Positions 52,361-60,732 of a stretch of DNA of 64,000 nt are shown here, in pieces. Positions within the stretch are counted from its first letter, which is position 1; every line of letters begins with the position of its first letter. A model generated the notes under the pieces. That model saw only the letters and a list, made by a program, of their open reading frames with translations. It was not told where the DNA came from and made no database searches. The position numbers and the translations under genes were made by a program. The stretch is from positions 29,787 through 93,786 of the forward strand of contig NW_013657674.1 of the NCBI RefSeq assembly GCF_000142905.1. Direction: 5' to 3'. The DNA is from Thecamonas trahens ATCC 50062 (taxonomy: Eukaryota > Protista > Apusomonadida).

Positions 52361-55300
52361 ATGGCCCTATCTCAGCTGACACAGCCAGAGTCGCGATCCC
52401 CCGCCCACTGCCGGGACCACGCTCCCTCCCGCACCTACACCGACGAGCCGTCACGCCACTCATCTCCCCACTCCGCCTCTTCACACATGCCCCCACCCCC
52501 CTCTGGGACTGGCATGCATGGCCTCCCACGTCCATGGCGGCAACACCCGGCTCCGTGGCAGGCGTGTCTGACAAGAGCTGACGTTCGGTGCGTCGCATTG
52601 ATCCTTCTCCTGTCGGTGGTCATGGCTTCAGCTGGGGGCACTGCGAGCGGTCTGCATGGCAATGACGGGCGGCGGGGTGCTGGAAGCGATGATGCGCGTC
52701 AACATGTGGTTGTGATCGGTGCCGGGTATGCTGGGCTCTCGGCGGCGCTGGAACTGGCTCAACGAGGCTACAACGTGACGGTGTTCGAGAAGCTAGCCCA
52801 GGTCGGCGGGAGAGCCCAGGTCGTCACCTCGCCCGATGGCCGGTTTGTCTTTGATGCCGGGCCATCATGGTGGTGGATGCCTGAGCTGTATGATGCCGTA
52901 CTGGATCGATATGGCCTGGTTTCTCAGCTGGCGATGACTCGCCTCGATCCGGCGTACACTGTTGTGCTGCCGAACGAGGCCACCGTCCAGGTCCCGGGCT
53001 CGCTCCCGCAGCTGCTAGACCTGGCGGATGAACTTGATCCGGGCCACACTCTACGCGCACTCTTTGATGAGGCTAGTATCAAGTACAAGGCTGCCGTGGA
53101 CGAGTGGCTGTGGAAGCCGATGATCTCCTGGACCGAACTGATCGATCCGGGACTGGCGGCGGCGGCGCTTACGTCGGACATGCTTGGCTCTTTTGAGTCG
53201 CATGTGGCAGCACACACGGCCTCGCCACTTCTTCGCATGCTGCTCAAGTGGCCGGCGATTTTCATTGGCGCGTCTCCACGCGACGCCCCGGCGCTGTACT
53301 CGCTCATGACCTACGCGGGGCATGCCCGCGGAACATGGTACCCTGCGGGTGGACTCTCTGCGCCGGCGCGCGAGCTGGCGAACGCTGCTACGGCCGCCGG
53401 TGTGGTGATTCGCACTAACGAGCCTGTGATCAAGCTTAGTGCCACCGAATCGCACATTTCGTCGGTGTGTACTCCACAGCAGTGCGTCAGCGTCGACGGC
53501 GTTCTTGCGGCCGCCGACTACCACTATGTTGAGCAAGAGCTTCTCCCGCAGCATCTCCGGCGATACACATCGCGGTACTGGGCACGGCGGCAGCTCTCGC
53601 CATCGTGCATGCTCTTCTTCCTGGGTCTCGAGGAGGCTCTGCCGGGGCTCGGCCACCACACGTTCTTCTTTGACACTGGCCTCGACGAGCACCTGAGCCA
53701 AGTGTTTGACTTTGGCCAGCATGCGGCGGCGCCAACGTTCTACGTGACAGCGGCGGCGCGGACGGCTCCGGAGGGCGCGACTGCGCCTCCCGGCGGCGAC
53801 GCGCTCTTTGTTCTTGTGCCGATGGCATACGCTCTCAACGGGACCGACACGCCGGCGTTACGAGCGGCAGTCCTCGAGCAGGTGCTGGATCGCATGGATG
53901 CCCGGACGCCTCTGGCATCGGGCGCTTCTATCCGGAGTGTGCTTGCCTACAATGCGTCGTACGGGACTAGCGAGTTTGAGCTCGATTTTCATGCGCTCCG
54001 CGGCAACGCCTTTGGCCTCGCCAACATCCTCTCGCAGTCGCTGGTCTTCAAGCCGTCGATGACAAGTGGCGCACGCAACATGGTGTTTGCCGGGCACATG
54101 ACCAATCCTGGGCCGGGCGTGCCGCCGTCGATGATTTCCGGCATCGTCGCGGCAGGCGTGCTCGACGAACAGCTTTCCTCACACTCACATAGCACCGAGC
54201 TTGTGAATTTCATGCTGGTTGGCGCCAAGTGGGTGGCGTGCGGAGCAGTAGTGCTGCATGCGGCCGTGCTTGCAGCGGTCTTGCTCTCCACACGTGTTGC
54301 GTCGTACGCGCACTGCATCTCGCTGTTTTACCGACACGGGCGGACGTACTTTTTGGCGTCGACGCTTTTTGATCCGGTGCGGTTTGTGGATACGGCTGCC
54401 ATGTACGCCCTGTTCCGGGTTGCCGACGACTGTGTCGATGTTGTGGGTGCGAGCGCCGAGGCCAAGCGGGCTGCGCTGGGCAAGTTTATGGCCGCGTTCT
54501 GGGCCGGGCTTGAGGCGGGCGCAGGCGAGTATCACGAGCATCCCGTGCTTCCAGCGGTGATTGAGACGGTTCGCCGACGCGGATACTCGGCGAATTTGTT
54601 TGCCACCTTTTTCGCGTCAATGAGCATGGACGTGGAGACCAAGGTGTGCGAGACGTGGGACGAGACGTGGGAGTACATGCGCGGCTCGGCGGCTGTCATC
54701 GGCGACTTTATGCTCCCACTACTCATCCCGGGTGACGACGAGAAGGCAAAGAGAGCGCGAGCCAAGGCACTGGCCCATGCCCGCGATCTTGGGTATGGCT
54801 TTCAGCTGACAAACATGATCCGCGACATCGGCGAGGACCTGGAGCTCGGGCGCGAATATGTGCCGCGGGAAGAGTGCCGGGCACATGGGGTGACGCTTGC
54901 GGCACGCGCACCCGACGCGCCCGGGTGGCGCGGAACGATCGAGACGGTGATGGCCAAGGCCGAGGCTTGCTACGCGTCAGCAGACGTCGGAATTGCCATG
55001 CTGCCAGGCGATGTGAGGCCGGTGGTGGCACTCGCGCGAGCAATGTACTCGGAGTTACACCCTGCGATTCGAAGCGCCGAGTACAACGTGTTTAGCGGGC
55101 GTGTGGTTGTGTCTGGACGTCGCAAGCTGGAGCTTGCAGCTCGAATGGTACCGCTCCTACCACTGCTGCGGATAACGCTGGCCAAGACTTACGCCGCGGT
55201 GCTTTGTTGTGCTGTGGCTCTTGCCGAGCCTCTGGCTGGCGTTGCCTTTTTGGCGGCCGCGTTGAGCGAGTCGGAGAGGTGGATGCTGCCGAGCATGGTC

Positions 55301-56998
55301 TCCTACGCCGGGCTCCACGCCGTGGTCACGATTCCGCTTGTGTGTGGGGTGTGGGCTGTGGCGGTGCGCCGGGCGCCGACAAGACTCTTGGCCGCAGGCG
55401 GGATGTGGAGTGCAGCTCTGGCGCTGGTGGCGTTTGTGTACACGACGCCGTGGGACAATTACCTCGTGTATCGGCAGGTGTGGGGCTACGGTGGCGCTGC
55501 AGCTGTTGTCGGGGTGGTCGGCTGGGTGCCGGTCGAAGAGTACGCATTCTTTGTGCTGGAAACGCTGCTGGTGGGCGGCGTTTGGGTGGTGATGGCGAGC
55601 CAGAGCGATGACCGTGGCGAACAGCGGTGGAGTGGAGAGGCGGTTACGCGCCGGCGGCGGCTGGGGCTGGGAGTACTGGCCGGCGCGTGGCTGGCTGGTG
55701 CGCGTGCGGCGAGCGGCCGCGGGACCGAGTACCTGGGACTCATCGCAGTGTGGGCGTTGCCGGTGCTAGCGCTGCAGTGGGCGGCTGGCGCAGGAGTGCT
55801 GCTGCATGAGTGGCGGGTGTGGCTGCCGACAGTGGCGACGTCAGCGAGTGCACTGTGTGTGATCGACATGTGGTCGATCTCGCATGGGCTGTGGCGCATT
55901 GCGCCCGAGGCGTCGATCGGCGAGCTGGCACAGGATCTGCCTGTCGAAGAGGCGCTGTTTTTCGTGGTGACATCGACTATGTGTGCTTGGGGGCTCACAC
56001 TAGCAGTGGACGCATGCCGACGGGCCGAGGCGCGTGGCGTAGCGCTTACCGCAGTGGTGCTCGAGATGCTCATGCCGCCGACGAATGTGAGCAGTGAGAC
56101 CATGCTGGCAGCGTTTTCACACGGCATTGCAGCGACTGTGGTGCTTGCGTTGTGGGTTTGCGGGGCGGAGATCTCGCTCGAGTCGCAAGCGGCTGCGCTG
56201 GTGGTGACGACTTGCGCCATCGGGCTCCCGCATGGCGCACTGGACCCGCTCCTGGTGCTGTCTGGGGCGAGCTTTACTCGGCGTGCCGGTGGCATGGCTG
56301 CCAGCTGGGCCGTATATGTGGTGCTGATGGGTGCAATGTATGCTGTGTGGGAGGCAGCGCCTGTGGCAGCGCTCAGCCTATTTCTCGCGCTCTCGATCGC
56401 GCATTTCGGTGAAGGTGACGCCCCTGTAGGCAGCATGTGCGATGCAACGTGGCTCATTCATGCGATTGAGGTGTTTGCGCGCGGCGGAGCGTTTCTGGTG
56501 GCAACCACGACGCATCGGGCGCAGGTGGCGGCTGTGTTTGCCGACCTGGTGGATGGACAAGAACTTGGGATGCTGATGACGCTGCTCTCACTGTTGCGAT
56601 GGGCGCATTTCGTGGCGGTGGTGGGCAGCGCGGCGCGGCATGTTCAGCGGCTGGAGACGAGGGCGGCTGCGGTGGGCCTCGCGGACCTTGTTATGCTCAA
56701 CGTGCTGTTTGGGACGACGCCTCCACTTGTCGGGTTCATGGTGTACTTTAACGGCTTCCATGCGCTCCGGCACGTGGTGCGTGTCCAGACGCAACTCGCG
56801 CCGGCGATATTGTCGCGGTCAAGTCTCGGCGCGTGTGTGGTCGCCGCGATCGTTGCGGGGGCGTTTGTGGCGTGGCAGGCCGGCGGAACGTCGCTCGTGC
56901 ATGGCGTGTCAGGTGCAACCCGTGGAGTCTTTGTTCTCCTCTCTGTCATGGCTACCCCGCACATGGCGCTTGTCGCCTGCGCTGCTCTTCAGAGCTGA
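52361..56998 (+). CDS. Four-enzyme fusion CrtI-CrtB-CrtY(c/d)-Blh: phytoene desaturase / phytoene synthase / lycopene beta-cyclase / beta-carotene 15,15'-dioxygenase (start ATG uncertain: 52361, 52487 or 52514)
   Basis: CrtI: VVIGAGYAGL, FDAGPSW, GNAFGL, PGPGVPPSMISG. CrtB: HGRTY, ADDCVD, FQLTNMIRDIGED. CrtY: TTPWDNYLV, PVEEYAFF, PVEEALFF. Blh: IGLPHGALD, HFG, HALRH, PHM. One uninterrupted ORF. Confidence 0.93.
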   Translation: MALSQLTQPESRSPAHCRDHAPSRTYTDEPSRHSSPHSASSHMPPPPSGTGMHGLPRPWRQHPAPWQACLTRADVRCVALILLLSVVMASAGGTASGLHGNDGRRGAGSDDARQHVVVIGAGYAGLSAALELAQRGYNVTVFEKLAQVGGRAQVVTSPDGRFVFDAGPSWWWMPELYDAVLDRYGLVSQLAMTRLDPAYTVVLPNEATVQVPGSLPQLLDLADELDPGHTLRALFDEASIKYKAAVDEWLWKPMISWTELIDPGLAAAALTSDMLGSFESHVAAHTASPLLRMLLKWPAIFIGASPRDAPALYSLMTYAGHARGTWYPAGGLSAPARELANAATAAGVVIRTNEPVIKLSATESHISSVCTPQQCVSVDGVLAAADYHYVEQELLPQHLRRYTSRYWARRQLSPSCMLFFLGLEEALPGLGHHTFFFDTGLDEHLSQVFDFGQHAAAPTFYVTAAARTAPEGATAPPGGDALFVLVPMAYALNGTDTPALRAAVLEQVLDRMDARTPLASGASIRSVLAYNASYGTSEFELDFHALRGNAFGLANILSQSLVFKPSMTSGARNMVFAGHMTNPGPGVPPSMISGIVAAGVLDEQLSSHSHSTELVNFMLVGAKWVACGAVVLHAAVLAAVLLSTRVASYAHCISLFYRHGRTYFLASTLFDPVRFVDTAAMYALFRVADDCVDVVGASAEAKRAALGKFMAAFWAGLEAGAGEYHEHPVLPAVIETVRRRGYSANLFATFFASMSMDVETKVCETWDETWEYMRGSAAVIGDFMLPLLIPGDDEKAKRARAKALAHARDLGYGFQLTNMIRDIGEDLELGREYVPREECRAHGVTLAARAPDAPGWRGTIETVMAKAEACYASADVGIAMLPGDVRPVVALARAMYSELHPAIRSAEYNVFSGRVVVSGRRKLELAARMVPLLPLLRITLAKTYAAVLCCAVALAEPLAGVAFLAAALSESERWMLPSMVSYAGLHAVVTIPLVCGVWAVAVRRAPTRLLAAGGMWSAALALVAFVYTTPWDNYLVYRQVWGYGGAAAVVGVVGWVPVEEYAFFVLETLLVGGVWVVMASQSDDRGEQRWSGEAVTRRRRLGLGVLAGAWLAGARAASGRGTEYLGLIAVWALPVLALQWAAGAGVLLHEWRVWLPTVATSASALCVIDMWSISHGLWRIAPEASIGELAQDLPVEEALFFVVTSTMCAWGLTLAVDACRRAEARGVALTAVVLEMLMPPTNVSSETMLAAFSHGIAATVVLALWVCGAEISLESQAAALVVTTCAIGLPHGALDPLLVLSGASFTRRAGGMAASWAVYVVLMGAMYAVWEAAPVAALSLFLALSIAHFGEGDAPVGSMCDATWLIHAIEVFARGGAFLVATTTHRAQVAAVFADLVDGQELGMLMTLLSLLRWAHFVAVVGSAARHVQRLETRAAAVGLADLVMLNVLFGTTPPLVGFMVYFNGFHALRHVVRVQTQLAPAILSRSSLGACVVAAIVAGAFVAWQAGGTSLVHGVSGATRGVFVLLSVMATPHMALVACAALQS

Positions 56999-57247
56999 TA
57001 GCAGCCCGTTCCTCTGAAGTCGATGTCGAGCCTGACAATGAAAAGATGATCAACCTCCCGATGGCTGAGTCCAATGTGATGGGGTATCGCAGCTGCTCGT
57101 CGGAGACACACGAGACCGTGTCGACCGGCCACTTGTCGCCGGCGGCCGCGAGAGAGTGCGTGAGAGAGAGAAGAGACAGAGAGGGGCAAAGAAGAAGAGA
57201 CAGGCGACCAAGCTCGAGACCGAGACCGAGACCGAGTTGTGGAGAGT

Positions 57248-60200
57248 ATGGGCCAGGAACAGAGCACTGTGCTCGACAGGGACGTGGAGCAGCTAACCCC
57301 TGAACTGCAGCGGAGGTTCAAGCATGGTGTGCAGTACAACAGTACGTGTGGGTGAGGAGGGGGGCGGAGGGGGGGGGGGAGGGGGGGAGGGGAGGGGAGG
57401 GACGGGTACTTACTATAGTGGTGGCNNNNNNNNNNNNNNNNNNNNNNNNNNNNNNNNNNNNNNNNNNNNNNNNNNNNNNNNNNNNNNNNNNNNNNNNNNN
57501 NNNNNNNNNNNNNNNNNNNNNNNNNGTGGGAGCAGAGACGGCGGAAAAAAGGCGGCGCAATGTGGTGGAGGCGGGAGGGGGAGGAGGGGGACTTACCTAT
57601 ATGGTGGGCATGTGGGTATGGGCATGGCGTGGGGTTTGCGCTGGTGCTGGTGCTGGTCGTTCTGGTCTTTCTGGTCGTTCTGGTCGTCGCGGTCGTCCTG
57701 GTCGATCTGGTCGTCGTGGTCGTTGCGGTCGTTCTGGTCGTTGCGGTCGTGGTCACGGTCGTGGTATTACTTCCGGGACTTGGGCCTGCTCATGCATGCG
57801 GTGGTGGTGCGGCTCATGGTTCTCCATGTGGACTGACGGCGCTGAACGAGCAGTGAAGGTGTTGTTGCGGGGCGATACTGGGACGGGCAAGACAACGCTG
57901 TGGCATCGGCTTCAGGGACGGCCGTTTGCGGCGTCAACAACCACCACGCCAGAGATCCAGGTGGCCAACATCCACTGGAACTACAAGCTGACTGACGAAG
58001 TGGTCAAGGTCGAAGTGTGGGACGTGGTTGACCGGGCCTCGGGGCTCGGGCGTGAAGAGGGCCAGCCTGCGCTTGACGCCGAGACGGTCAACGTGTACCA
58101 GGGGGCACACGCGGTGGTCTTTCTGGTTGATGTGTGCAAGCCGTGGACGCTGGACTATGTGCGGCAGAAGGCCGGTGAGGTGCCGAACGGCATCGAGATT
58201 CTGGTCATCGGCAACCGTGTCGACGCCGTTGATGAGCGCAAGCTTGATGCTGCCGTCCTGCGGGCTTGGGTCGCGCGCGCCTCGGCCGTCCGCCCTGTCC
58301 GCTACTTGGAGGCATCGATGCGAACCAACTTCGGCCTCCGCGGCATCCACACCTTTTTCAACATTCCGTTCCTCAAGCTGCAGCGCAAGTCGCTGGCCAA
58401 GCGGCTTGAGCTCAACGCGTCCGAGCTCCAGTTGGCCGAGCAGGAGATGACCGCCATTGCCACCGGCGAGGACTACGACGCGTTTGTCAAGCGCAAGGCC
58501 GAGGAAATGCGGGCCAAGGATCGCGCGGCTGCCGCTGCCGCCGCCACCGCGTCCCCTCCTCCGCGGACGCAGGCAACGTCACCGCCGCCCGTCGCGAGTG
58601 GCGTGAGCTCGGGCGCTGCCAGCGGGACCGGCGCCATCACGCCGCCACGGCCAGCCAAGGCCAAGGCCCAGCCCAAGGCCAAGACGAAGAAGCGTGGCGG
58701 GTTCTTCTCGCGGATGAAGTCCAAGCTCATGGCCAAGGAGGCCGAGCCCGAGGCCGAGCCAGAGGTGGACCCCAACTCGTTCATCAAGCCGCCACCGGAG
58801 CAGGACGTTACCAACGTGGACGAGTTTGTGGCCGGCGAGTTGGACGATGGCTTTTTCTCGGACGACGACAGCGACGATGGAGGTGCTGCATATATGGCAC
58901 CGCCGCCGACTCGCGTTGAGTCATCGTCTGATGGTGGCAATCCGATGCTAGAGCCCGAGGCCGAGCCTTCATCTGACGACGACACGAATCCGATGCTTGC
59001 ACACGCTGTGGGGCCTGGTGAGGATTCGAGTGACGATGATGGCCCCAACCCGCTCCTTGCACACGCTGTGGGGCCTGGTGAGGATTCGAGTGATGACGAC
59101 GGCCCCAACCCGCTCCTTGCTCCCGCTGTCTCGCCGGGCGATGAATCAAGCGACGACGACGGCCCCAACCCGCTCCTTGCTCCCGCTGTCTCGCCGGGCG
59201 ATGAATCAAGCGACGACGACGGCCCCAACCCGCTCCTTGCTCCCGCTGTCTCGCCGGGCGATGAATCAAGCGACGACGACGGCCCCAACCCGCTCCTTGC
59301 TCCTGCTGTCTCGCCGGGCGATGAATCAAGCGACGACGACGGCCCCAACCCGCTCCTTGCTCCCGCTGTCTCGCCGAGCGATGAATCAAGCGACGACGAC
59401 GGCCCCAACCCACTCCTCGCTCCTGCTGTCTCGCCGGGCGATGAATCAAGCGACGACGACGGCCCCAACCCGCTCCTCGCTCCCGCTGTCTCGCCGGGCG
59501 ATGAATCAAGCGACGACGACGGCCCCAACCCGCTCCTCGCTCCCGCTGTCTCGCCGGGCGATGAATCAAGCGACGACGACGGCCCCAACCCGCTCCTTGC
59601 TCCCGCTGTCTCGCCGGGCGATGAATCAAGCGACGGCGACGGCCCCAACCCGCTCCTTGCTCCCGCTGTCTCGCCGGGCGATGAATCAAGCGACGACGAC
59701 GGCCCCAACCCGCTCCTTGCCCCCGCCGTCTTGCCGGGTGATGAAACAAGCGGCGACGACGGCCCCAATCCGCTCCTTGCTCCCGCTGTCTCGCCGGGCG
59801 ATGAATCAAGCGACGACGACGGCCCCAACCCGCTCCTTGCTCCCGCTGTCTCGCCGGGCGACAACTCGAACAGCGATCCGGCCGTCGCGCCCGACGACCA
59901 TTCTGGTGACGACAACAGCAATAGCGAAGTTCCTTCAGCTGAAGGCAACACCAACGCGCCGGGGCCCGAAGCCGACGCCGATGAGCCTGCCGCAGCGCCA
60001 GAGCCTGCAGCACCTACCGAGGATCCTGCGGATGATCCACTCTCCTCGATGTTCTTCTCTGGCACGGTCGCTCCGACATCCGCGGCCCCGCCCAAGCCCC
60101 GGCTCCGGCACCAGCTTCCGCTCAGCCCACAGCCCAGACTGGCGCGCCCCAGATCTCGCCCGAAGTCATGGCTGCCATGGCCGAACAGGCTCAGCGCGCT

Positions 60201-60629
60201 CTGGTTCAGGCCCAGGCCCAAGCTCAGGCCCAAGCCCAGGCCCAAGCTCAGGCTCAGCCCCAACGTCGCCGTCGCCGTCGCCGCAACCAGCGCCCCGATC
60301 AGGCACAGCAGGCGCAGTTCCAGCAGGTCCAGCTTCAGCAGGCCCAGCTCCAGCAGCAGCAACAACAGCAGCAGCAACGCCGTCGCCGCAAGAAACCGTC
60401 CGGCCTCCTCGGTGCCGGCGGCTACGCGCAGGTTATCAATCAGACGCCGGACGTGCCACCGCCAGCCGCCACGCAAGCACTCCCAACCATGGCACCTGCA
60501 GCGCCCGCCCCTCGCGCGGCAGCCACTGTTGCTGCCCCCGGCCTCCCGCAGCCTGTGCCGGACATCATGTCCCTTGGCGACGCAGAGGCCAACGAGTACG
60601 ATCTCGACGCCTTCTATGCAGACGTGTAA
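57248..60629 (+). CDS. RABL6: Rab-like protein 6 (RBEL1); exons 57248-57341 and 57854-60629, frameshift near 60100
   Basis: Splicing gives [37 protein letters not shown]...EIQVANIHWNYK..VVKVEVWDVVD...FFNIPFLKLQR; MGQEQS myristoylation-like start. Confidence 0.92.
57426..57525. other. Assembly gap (100 N) inside the RABL6 intron
   Basis: Run of N. Confidence 0.99.
58975..59862 (+). repeat. 60-bp coding minisatellite, about 14-15 copies (DDDGPNPLLAPAVSPGDESS)
   Basis: Consecutive 60-nt lines 59041-59860 are near-identical. Confidence 0.97.
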
Positions 60630-60732
60630 GGCAACTTTATCCCATTACGGAGTGGACACGCCCTTTGTCACCAGGCGACCTCGGGTGTATGCCACAGTTG
60701 TGCAACCTGGCGCGGTGCGAGAAATCGTACCG

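Noticed and set aside
52361-56998. Bacterial contaminant contig
   Set aside because: Contiguous with eukaryotic genes on both sides with no gap at the junctions, and the domains are fused with added membrane segments.
58975-59862. 60-bp array as a CRISPR array
   Set aside because: No unique spacers, in-frame coding within RABL6, no cas genes, eukaryotic context.
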